A stretch of DNA of 32,000 nt, from NCBI RefSeq assembly GCF_000020025.1, contig NC_010628.1:2880001-2912000 (forward strand). Direction: 5' to 3'. The stretch is from Nostoc punctiforme PCC 73102 (GTDB lineage: Bacteria > Cyanobacteriota > Cyanobacteriia > Cyanobacteriales > Nostocaceae). The notes under the pieces are model-generated. The model was not told where the DNA came from. It made no database searches and saw nothing but the letters and a program-made list of their open reading frames with translations. The position numbers and the translations under genes are program-made. Below are positions 18,196 through 25,744 of this stretch, in pieces. Within the stretch, counting starts at the first letter, position 1. The number at the start of each line of letters is the position of its first letter.

Positions 18196-18343
18196 GGACT
18201 TCCAAATAAAAAAAATCCTAAAACTGACTCAAAAATCTTCTCTATTTCTCCTGTCTCTGTGTTCTCTGCGTCTCTGTGGTAGCCTGCGGCAAGCCGCTCC
18301 GCGTCTACGTTCATTTGGATAATTTATTTCTTGGAAGTCCCGC
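18192..18343. repeat. Second inverted-repeat-bounded element abutting the first
   Basis: The arms GCAGGGACTTCCAAATAAA (from 18192) and TTATTTCTTGGAAGTCCCGC (to 18343) are imperfect inverted repeats, with a perfect core GGGACTTCCAA/TTGGAAGTCCC. The interior contains ctctgcgtctctgtggtagcctgcggcaagccgctccgcgtctacg. Confidence 0.5.
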
Positions 18344-18721
18344 ATCTTCATACAGAATTGGTATCATAACCTTCGCCAGAGCTTTTTAAACAAGCCAAAA
18401 ATATAGATATACTAAATCTTGCTTTCAAACTATTTTCATGTGATAATCACCATTAACTCCGGCAATATAGTGAAGTTACTGTAGTTTACCGATAGTTGAG
18501 CAATTAAGTTTTTATCTGTTTAAAGACTATAAGCATGGTAATAGACATACCAGTTTCTAGCTTGAGGGCTGCTATTCAGAAAAAGTTTGCTACTTTGTGT
18601 AGTAGCAAACATCACATTTGTGCATATTTAAGTTTAAAGTTCTAAATATTTAAAGATAAATTCTTTGTGCCAATTTTTATCTATATTTCCATTACCTAAT
18701 CTAAATTTGTCAAGGTGAAAT

Positions 18722-19939
18722 ATGTCAATTCAAGACACCGTATCTAATTGGGAAGAACTATTAGAAATTGCCAAAAAAAATACACCTGCTCGACGGGTGC
18801 GTAGACCAGGGCAATCCCCTTCCACCGCTCCCATTCCTAGCAGCCTTCATAAACTACCACCAGATACAGAACCGCCAGTATTGCTCTACCGCGATACTAA
18901 CTCTTGGTGTCCATTTTGCGAACGGGTTTGGTTTGCTCTTGAAGAAAAAGAAATTCCCTTTGCAACGGAGTTTATTGACTTAACGAACAAGCCTAAATGG
19001 TATACGGATTTAGTTCCTACAACCCTTGTTCCGGCTGCCAGAATTGAAGGAAAGTTAGTCTATGAATCTAAAGATATTCTGTTAGCACTAGAAGAACAAT
19101 TTGGTTCAACTTTGCTTCCTGAAGACCCAGAAGAAAACGCTGTTGCTAGGCTGTGGCTTGAAGAAGCTGAAACCAATGGTGTGAGAGATATCGCTTACAA
19201 ATTTCTCCGACAAGCCCCGGAAGATCCTAATGAATTAGCAAGCCTACAGACAGCTTTTGAAGCTAAATTAGACGAACTTGAGCAACTTCTAGGAAAGTAT
19301 TCTGGCCCCTACTTTTTGTCAACATTTAGCTTGGTAGATATTACCTATAGCCCCCATTTAGATCGCTTGGCGGCTAACTTACCTGTTTATCGGGGATATC
19401 ACCTCAAGGGAAATCCTCGGTATCCTCGCATCAACGCTTGGTTTGAAGCACTCAAACAGCGTCCTGCTTATCACCGCGTCAAATCGGATGATACCACCAA
19501 CAATTTACTTTTGCGTCGTCGATGGGGTGTGATACCAATCAGCAATCCTTTGCCCCCAGACCCAGAAATTAGCCAGGAAATCCAATTTAGGGCAGAGGCA
19601 GCTGAGAGATTGACTGATAACCGAGAAGTTGCTTTAGGAGACATCCTGAAAAACTCCGGGGTGCAAACATTGGCCGTTAATGGCGACACAACAGCCGTTA
19701 AAGAAGCGGTTGATTTCCACCTCAGATTGCTGGCTGACTATCTGATTAATGGCAATGGTGCAGCATTACCGTGGGGGCGCGTGGGTGGTAAAGACAACGC
19801 CGATCCTACTATAGCTGCGGTTGGAGCCATCACACTTGCCTATGTGAGAAATCGCATCTGTGCGCCACGGGATATGAGTGCTGGTGCAGCAACTGCATTC
19901 CGGGCAGCAGCAGATAAGGTGTTGGCATCTCTTTATTAG
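18722..19939 (+). CDS. Glutathione S-transferase family protein with a CPFC (glutaredoxin-like) site and a long C-terminal extension
   Basis: The segment LLYRDTNSWCPFCERVWFALEEKEIPF...LVPAARIEGKLVYESKDIL is a GST N-terminal thioredoxin-like fold. A GST_C-like helical region follows. About 150 further residues are of unknown function. Confidence 0.75.
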   Translation: MSIQDTVSNWEELLEIAKKNTPARRVRRPGQSPSTAPIPSSLHKLPPDTEPPVLLYRDTNSWCPFCERVWFALEEKEIPFATEFIDLTNKPKWYTDLVPTTLVPAARIEGKLVYESKDILLALEEQFGSTLLPEDPEENAVARLWLEEAETNGVRDIAYKFLRQAPEDPNELASLQTAFEAKLDELEQLLGKYSGPYFLSTFSLVDITYSPHLDRLAANLPVYRGYHLKGNPRYPRINAWFEALKQRPAYHRVKSDDTTNNLLLRRRWGVIPISNPLPPDPEISQEIQFRAEAAERLTDNREVALGDILKNSGVQTLAVNGDTTAVKEAVDFHLRLLADYLINGNGAALPWGRVGGKDNADPTIAAVGAITLAYVRNRICAPRDMSAGAATAFRAAADKVLASLY

Positions 19940-20036
19940 CGATCGCTACCGACAGGTTAAGATCCGATCTCGCATAGTGGTAGTCTGGACAATTTCTAGC
20001 TACCACTTTTTTCTGAAAATTAGTTTTGCGTCTCTA

Positions 20037-21362
20037 CTAAAGTTGATTCCGCGCTTTGAGTTGCAGATATTGCTCAACTACCCGATCGGCAATTTGATTT
20101 GCTGGCGCATCTAGTACCAATACACCTTTTTGTTTCAATTGAGCAAATGCTACTTGTCTTTGCATTAATAAATCAAGTGCCACTGCACGCGCATAAGCAT
20201 CTGTAACATTATCTGTAAAAGTGTGTGCCAAATGGTCAACTTGTGGATCTCGCAAAGCAACACAAAATGGTAAATAGCGAGGCGCTAACTTGGAGAGTGC
20301 AGCCAGGAGTTCCATAGAGGCGGTGACATCAACTAAGTCAGTAATTACAACTACAAGCGCCCTCCGAGTTTGTCGCTGTAAAACATTTGTTACCGCCCCC
20401 AAATAATCAGATTCAAATAATACTGGTTGAATTGGAGTCAGGCGATCGATTAGCTGATTCAAATGATGTTGACCGCGTTCTGGGGGAATCCAGGTGTGCA
20501 TCTGGCGGTCAAATACACCAACACCCACGCGATCGCCTCGATGTAAGCCCGCCAATGCTAAGGATAAGGTTGCATTCAAACCCCAGTCAAATCGCTGCAA
20601 GTTCTGCACCTTTGCAGTCATTAAGCGTCCGCGATCGAGCAAGATTAATAAAGTTTGTTCCTGTTCTGGTTCTAGAACCCTTACCAGTGGCGTTGCATTC
20701 CCATAAGCACCAACCCGACGGGCGGTAGCTTTCCAATCAATAAAGCGCAAATCGTCACCAGTGCGATAGTTCCGCAGTTCGGCAAACTCTGTACCAATAC
20801 CAGTTTTACGAGATTGGCGCATCGATCCTGATGATTGCAATGTCAAACGAATTGTGAGCGATCGCAATCCCACCAAATCAGGATAAACTTTCACTGGCAG
20901 ACTTTGGGGAATTTGCCAATCGTCCCAAGCTAATCCCCAAATTCCCAACTGTCGGACTTGAATATTTCCCCAAGGAAACTCACCGCGCTGTTTTGGGTTG
21001 ACAGTATATGTCAATTCCTGTGTGGTATTACTGGGAATAATAGCTCGGTGTGTGGGTGCTGATATACCAAAACCTGTTGGGTAGTAATCGCAGATTTCAA
21101 TTAAGGCGTTGGTATTTGGCGATGTTACTTTTAGCATCACCGGATTATCCCGCCCAATGGATAATCGTGAGGGTAATTCGCGGGTAATTTGCACGCGAGA
21201 ACGCCGCACCTGCAAACCGTCTGCAACCATCAATCCAAGAATTATGGCATTAAATAGCACAATGATGGCGATGGTTACTTTAATGCTGAGAAAAAGGTAT
21301 AGGATCGGGGCGATCGCTATACCTAAAACCAGCAATAAATAAACTCGTTTGGAAGGAACCAT
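20037..21362 (-). CDS. DUF58 domain protein (vWA-like; usually a MoxR partner)
   Basis: Two N-terminal TM segments, then GTEFAELRNYRTGDDLRFIDWKATARR and LLILLDRGRLM, the pattern typical of DUF58. It starts 28 nt after the transporter D-subunit stop on the same strand. Confidence 0.8.
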   Translation of the reverse strand: MVPSKRVYLLLVLGIAIAPILYLFLSIKVTIAIIVLFNAIILGLMVADGLQVRRSRVQITRELPSRLSIGRDNPVMLKVTSPNTNALIEICDYYPTGFGISAPTHRAIIPSNTTQELTYTVNPKQRGEFPWGNIQVRQLGIWGLAWDDWQIPQSLPVKVYPDLVGLRSLTIRLTLQSSGSMRQSRKTGIGTEFAELRNYRTGDDLRFIDWKATARRVGAYGNATPLVRVLEPEQEQTLLILLDRGRLMTAKVQNLQRFDWGLNATLSLALAGLHRGDRVGVGVFDRQMHTWIPPERGQHHLNQLIDRLTPIQPVLFESDYLGAVTNVLQRQTRRALVVVITDLVDVTASMELLAALSKLAPRYLPFCVALRDPQVDHLAHTFTDNVTDAYARAVALDLLMQRQVAFAQLKQKGVLVLDAPANQIADRVVEQYLQLKARNQL

Positions 21363-21390
21363 TTTAGAAATTAGGAGAATGACGATTAGT

Positions 21391-22248
21391 TTAACCTACG
21401 TCATCATGGGCAAAGCGATTAAAGAGGAAGTCTAGAGCATAATTACGTAATTGGTAGTATTGTGGATCTTCCATGATGCGGGCGCGATCGCGGGGACGAG
21501 AAAAAGGAATTTCCATGACTTCGCCGATTTTCGCGTGTGGGCCATTGGTCATCATTACCAATTTATCTGCTAAAAATAGTGCCTCGTCGATATCATGGGT
21601 AATCATCAGCACTGTACAACGGTTATCGCCCCAAATTTTTAACAGTTCTTCTTGTAATTCTTCTTTGGTGATGGCATCTAGCGCCCCAAAAGGTTCATCT
21701 AAAATTAAAACTTTCGGACGAATCGCCAAAGCACGCGCGATGGAAACCCGTTGTCTCATCCCACCGGACATTTGCATTGGTTTCTTTTCCATTGCATCAG
21801 CCAGTCCCACCATTGCTAGGTGGTCGCGCACGATCGCTCTTTTTTCAGCTTGTGGTTTGTTGGGATAAACGGCGTTAACAGCTAAGTAGATGTTTTCAAA
21901 GGCAGTTCGCCAAGGTAACAGGGCATAGTTTTGGAAGACAACCATCCTGTCTGGGCCTGGTTTGGTAATGGGTTCTCCTTCCAGCAACACTTCCCCAGAG
22001 GTGGGAAAGTTAAAACCGGATACCATATTTAGTAGTGTCGATTTGCCACAGCCAGAGTGGCCGATGACGCAAATAAACTCGCCCTGTTCGACGTTAAGGT
22101 TAACACCGTCGAGTACGGTGAAGGGGCCTTTCTTTGTGGGATAGACTTTGGTAACGTCTTTAATTTCTAGGAAAGGTCTGCGGCTGGTGGTTGCAGTTGC
22201 GAATGGTTTTCCTAGTAGGTCTGTAGTTGTTGAGTTGCGGTTTTGCAT
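21391..22248 (-). CDS. cmpD: ABC transporter ATP-binding subunit D of a CmpABCD/NrtABCD-type system
   Basis: Walker A is GHSGCGKST, the signature is MSGGMRQRVSIARAL and Walker B is LILDEPFGALD. The product is 285 aa and the gene is last in the A-B-C-D order. The cmp versus nrt assignment is tentative (see findings). Confidence 0.7.
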   Translation of the reverse strand: MQNRNSTTTDLLGKPFATATTSRRPFLEIKDVTKVYPTKKGPFTVLDGVNLNVEQGEFICVIGHSGCGKSTLLNMVSGFNFPTSGEVLLEGEPITKPGPDRMVVFQNYALLPWRTAFENIYLAVNAVYPNKPQAEKRAIVRDHLAMVGLADAMEKKPMQMSGGMRQRVSIARALAIRPKVLILDEPFGALDAITKEELQEELLKIWGDNRCTVLMITHDIDEALFLADKLVMMTNGPHAKIGEVMEIPFSRPRDRARIMEDPQYYQLRNYALDFLFNRFAHDDVG

Positions 22249-22250
22249 AG

Positions 22251-22304
22251 TATTTGGTATTTGGGTATTGGGGACTGGGGACTGGGGATTAGGGATTGGG
22301 GACT
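22251..22304. repeat. Tandem heptamers (TATTTGG / GGGACTG / GGGATTG), STRR-like
   Basis: Read directly from the sequence. GGGGACT is a permutation of the complement of the classical CCCCAGT heptamer. The tract lies just upstream of the D-subunit start. Confidence 0.85.
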
Positions 22305-22307
22305 ACT

Positions 22308-22580
22308 CGCTGCAAGAGGTTTCTTAATGAAGTTCAAAAACTCGTTAACGGAGTTCAGAGGTTCATTAATGGAGTTCAAAGGCTCGTTAACGGAGTTCAA
22401 AGGTTCATTAATGGAGTTCAGAGGTTCATTAATGGAGTTCAAAAACTCGTTAACGGAGTTCAGAGGTTCATTAATGGAGTTCAGAGGTTCATTAATGGAG
22501 TTCAGAGGTTCATTAATGGAGTTCAGAGGTTCATTAATGGAGTTCAGAGGTTCATTAATGGAGTTCAAGAGATTTTTAAC
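22308..22580. repeat. 21-bp tandem array, ~13 units (consensus GGAGTTCAGAGGTTCATTAAT)
   Basis: There are eleven clean contiguous units from 22329 to 22559, plus one degenerate unit at each end. Eight units carry CATTAATG and three carry CGTTAACG. The array lies in the spacer between the C and D subunit genes. Confidence 0.95.
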
Positions 22581-22600
22581 AATTAAAATTATTTAATGTT

Positions 22601-22656
22601 GTGGGGTGGGCATCTTGCCCGCCCGTAATCAGAGGCGGGCAAGATGCCCACCCCAC
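22601..22656. repeat. Perfect 23-bp inverted repeat (GTGGGGTGGGCATCTTGCCCGCC / GGCGGGCAAGATGCCCACCCCAC) with a 10-nt loop
   Basis: Read directly from the sequence. The stop codon of the C-subunit ORF (22629-22631) lies in the loop, and its last 8 codons (WGGHLARL) come from one arm. It may act as a terminator or RNA-stability hairpin. Confidence 0.85.
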
Positions 22657-24707
22657 AAGAAGTAAGATGTCTTACTCCTTCCACTCCCTCTTTCTGTCAC
22701 GATTTTTTTATGACGCAAGTTTTCTTCTTGGTGCATCAAGAACAACTTCCGCGATAAAAGATCACATTTAATTTTCAAGCTGTTGAGATAAGCGATCGGA
22801 TCGTCGGCGTTAAAGGGGGTGCCATCGAACAGTTTGATCGGTTGGCGAATATAGCTAATATCCAAACCTAATTCTCGTGCGGCGGTGCTGAAAACACGCA
22901 CTCGACAAACCCGTTCAACAACTTCTACCCAATTTCTGGGGAAGGGAGTGTCACCCCAACGCGCCAATTGACTCATAATCCAAATTTGTTCGGTGCGACT
23001 GGGGCGGTTAATGGCAGATTCAGAATAAAACTGGTGATGAGCATAGTCGCGCAACGGATGATCTAAACTACAGACATTACTATCTGGATCTTCGAGTTGA
23101 ATGTATTCTAAATCGGTACTAACATAATCCCGCCCTGCTAAAATTTGGCGAATTTCTTGGGCATTGTCGGGATTTGCACAGTACTGGCAAGCTTCTAGCA
23201 AAGCTTTGGTCAAAGCAATATGTGTATTCGGATAAGTTTCTGCCCAATCTTCCCGCACACCAAGAACTTTACCGGGGTGTCCCAACCAAACTTCTAAGTC
23301 GGTAGCGATGGTAAAGCCAACACCTTCCACAGCCGCGCGGTAGTTCCAAGGTTCACCCACGCAGTAACCATCAATGCTTCCGGCTTTTAGGTCAGCTACC
23401 ATCTGCGCTGGGGGAATAGTCTTCATGTCCACATCGCAATCCGGGTCAATTCCACCAGCCGCTAGCCAGTAACGCAGTAGTAAGTTGTGCATAGATGCGG
23501 GATGCACTACCCCCATTGTGTGCCGTTGTTCGCGGGTGCGAAGCAGGTATCTTTTGAAATCTGATAAGGTTTGCACGCCTTGGTCGTAAAAGTGTTTTGC
23601 CAAGGTGATGGCGTTACCGTTGCGAGTCATGGTAAGGGCGGTGACAACGGGCAGAGGTTGATTATTATGTCCTCCCAAAGTTAACCACATCGGCATCCCT
23701 GAAGGCATTTGAGCCGCATCCAAATAACCGCCACTTATGCCATCGACGATACCCCGCCAGTTGCTTTCGCGCACGAGGTTAACTTCATCTAAACCATGCT
23801 TGGTAAAAAAGCCTTTTTCTTTAGCAACTGCTAAGGGGGCGCAAGCTGTCAGAGGTAAAAAGCCAATTTCTAGATTAACTTTTTCTAATCCATGACGGGC
23901 AATGTCAGCAGTTTTCCGCGCCCGAATTTTCTTAATCCGTTTCTGCTGATTGAGGAAGTAAATCATCTCACTCCGCAAGCTGTAGTAGCTGGGATGTTCT
24001 ACTACTTCCATCCGCTTACGGGGTCTGGGAATATCCACTTCGAGAATGTCACCAATTTTAGATTCGGGGCCGTTGGTTAACATGACGATTCTGTCAGATA
24101 ACAGCACCGCTTCATCGACATCATGTGTCACCATCACAGCGGTAACTTGATTTTCTTCGCAGATTTGCATGAGTTGTTCTTGCAAATTGCCGCGTGTGAG
24201 TGCATCCAATGCACCAAAAGGCTCATCTAGCAAGAGTAATTTGGGACGAATTGCTAAGGCGCGGGCGATCGCAACTCGCTGCTTTTGTCCACCTGATAAC
24301 ATTCCCGGTTGTTTATCAGCATGGGGACGCAAACCCACCATATTTATATGTTTTTCGATAATGGCGTTGCGTTCATCTGCGGGTAAACCCTTCATTACCG
24401 AGTCCACGGCGAGGGCAATATTTTCTCTTACCGTCCGCCAAGGTAATAGCGAATAATTTTGGAACACCACCATCCTGTCTGGGCCGGGTTTGGTGATTCT
24501 TTGTCCTTCTAGGGTGACAATACCCTCAGTGGGCAAATCCAAACCCGCAATCATATTTAATAAGGTGGATTTGCCGCAACCGGAGTGACCAATAAGAGAG
24601 ACAAATTCTCCTTTTTTAATTTGGAGATCGATTCCTTTGAGGGCGATATATTTGCCACCACCAGTTAATTCAAAAACTTTTTCAATTTGATCGACAGCTA
24701 CAAACAT
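22629..24707 (-). CDS. cmpC: ABC transporter ATP-binding subunit C with a C-terminal CmpA/NrtA-like solute-binding domain
   Basis: The N-terminal ATPase has GHSGCGKST, LSGGQKQRVAIARAL and LLLDEPFGALD. The C-terminal ~400 aa are homologous to the A subunit ([44 protein letters not shown]). The ORF-track start at 24755 is a TTG; the ATG at 24707 (MFVAVDQIEKVF) is the likely start. Confidence 0.75.
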   Translation of the reverse strand: MFVAVDQIEKVFELTGGGKYIALKGIDLQIKKGEFVSLIGHSGCGKSTLLNMIAGLDLPTEGIVTLEGQRITKPGPDRMVVFQNYSLLPWRTVRENIALAVDSVMKGLPADERNAIIEKHINMVGLRPHADKQPGMLSGGQKQRVAIARALAIRPKLLLLDEPFGALDALTRGNLQEQLMQICEENQVTAVMVTHDVDEAVLLSDRIVMLTNGPESKIGDILEVDIPRPRKRMEVVEHPSYYSLRSEMIYFLNQQKRIKKIRARKTADIARHGLEKVNLEIGFLPLTACAPLAVAKEKGFFTKHGLDEVNLVRESNWRGIVDGISGGYLDAAQMPSGMPMWLTLGGHNNQPLPVVTALTMTRNGNAITLAKHFYDQGVQTLSDFKRYLLRTREQRHTMGVVHPASMHNLLLRYWLAAGGIDPDCDVDMKTIPPAQMVADLKAGSIDGYCVGEPWNYRAAVEGVGFTIATDLEVWLGHPGKVLGVREDWAETYPNTHIALTKALLEACQYCANPDNAQEIRQILAGRDYVSTDLEYIQLEDPDSNVCSLDHPLRDYAHHQFYSESAINRPSRTEQIWIMSQLARWGDTPFPRNWVEVVERVCRVRVFSTAARELGLDISYIRQPIKLFDGTPFNADDPIAYLNSLKIKCDLLSRKLFLMHQEENLRHKKIVTERGSGRSKTSYFLWGGHLARL

Positions 24708-24766
24708 AAGATATTCGGTATTTGGTATTTGGTATTGGTCATCTAAAAGAGGCAAAGGGGTGGGGT

Positions 24767-24808
24767 GCAGGGGACAGAGAGGAAAACTCCTCTCCCTTGC
24801 TCCCCTGC
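24767..24808. repeat. GC-rich imperfect hairpin in the B-C spacer (GCAGGGGA...TCCCCTGC outer stem, GAGAGG/CCTCTC inner stem)
   Basis: Read directly from the sequence. It is the same GCAGGGGA repeat family as the tract at 9866-9944. Confidence 0.7.
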
Positions 24809-24822
24809 TTCTTCCCCATTAC

Positions 24823-25662
24823 CTATTTCTGTTCTGCTGGTAAAATCTTGTTTTGCAGCCAACCCATCGCTTTATCTAAGAGCAACCCAACAACGCCGAT
24901 ATAAACTAGAGCTAAAATTACTTCGCTGACGTTGTTATTTTGATAGGCATCCCAGATAAAGAAGCCGATTCCAACAATACCGGACATGACGATTTCTGCG
25001 GCGATAATTGCTAACCAAGCTAGACCGATTGCAATTCTCAAGCCAGTAAATATGTATGGTAATGCCGAAGGTATCAAAATATTAGTGAAATATTCTTTGC
25101 GGCTAAGTTGCAGAACTTTGGCGACGTTGTTGTAATCTTGGGGAATTTGGGTAACGCCGACAGCAGTGTTAATTAATATGGGCCAAATTGCAGTAATGAA
25201 AATTACGAATAAGGCAGCTGGTTCGTTTTGTCTTAAAGCTGCTAAAGAAATAGGTACCCAAGCTAGGGGTGGTACAGTTCGCAGTAGTTGAAAAATGGGA
25301 TCTAAAGCTTTGGACATGGTTTTATTGACACCAATCAAAACACCCAAGCCAATACCAACGATTGCAGCTAGGGTATAACTAATGGCAACTCGTTGCAGAC
25401 TAGCGAGAATCTGCCAAAACAGACCTTTATCAATACCACCTCGGTCATAAAATGGCCAGAAAATCAAAACCCAAGTGTCTTGGATAACTTGTATTGGGCC
25501 TGGTAATGTAGCTCCCGGAACCCAAGCGAAGAGTTGCCAGAGAACGAGGAAAATTGAGATGGCGATCGCTGGTGGTATCAGGTCAGGAAATTGCTTTTGC
25601 AGACCGGAAATAAAGCTATTATTCAATCTAGGGTTTGCAGGGCGTTTTTGAGCTATTGTCAT
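24823..25662 (-). CDS. cmpB: ABC transporter permease subunit B (NrtB/CmpB type)
   Basis: 279-aa polytopic protein with an EAA-like loop region (LQLSRKEYFTNILIPSALPYIFTGLRIAIGLAW). It is second in the A-B-C-D order. Confidence 0.75.
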   Translation of the reverse strand: MTIAQKRPANPRLNNSFISGLQKQFPDLIPPAIAISIFLVLWQLFAWVPGATLPGPIQVIQDTWVLIFWPFYDRGGIDKGLFWQILASLQRVAISYTLAAIVGIGLGVLIGVNKTMSKALDPIFQLLRTVPPLAWVPISLAALRQNEPAALFVIFITAIWPILINTAVGVTQIPQDYNNVAKVLQLSRKEYFTNILIPSALPYIFTGLRIAIGLAWLAIIAAEIVMSGIVGIGFFIWDAYQNNNVSEVILALVYIGVVGLLLDKAMGWLQNKILPAEQK

Positions 25663-25702
25663 GATGTTGTATTTTCCGCAAATTTTATTTGTTATTTGTC
25701 AT

Positions 25703-25722
25703 AGACGCGATTAATCGCGTCT
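25703..25722. repeat. Perfect 20-nt palindrome AGACGCGATTAATCGCGTCT in the A-B spacer
   Basis: Read directly from the sequence. Related copies lie at 30636-30655 (one substitution) and 14814-14837 (diverged loop). Confidence 0.9.
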
Positions 25723-25744
25723 CTAAAAGTGATGAATCGTGCCT

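Noticed and set aside
22308-22580. Possible CRISPR array.
   Set aside because: The repeats are contiguous with no spacers and the unit is only 21 bp. No cas genes are in the window.
22212-22596. ORFs translating the 21-bp array as heptapeptide-repeat proteins (NSINEPL x n on the minus strand; MEFRGSL and NGVQRFI repeats on the plus strand).
   Set aside because: Every frame is open only because the period is a multiple of 3. The minus-strand ORF starts at a TTG with no ATG or SD and overlaps the D-subunit start out of frame. No frame is favoured by the variant units.
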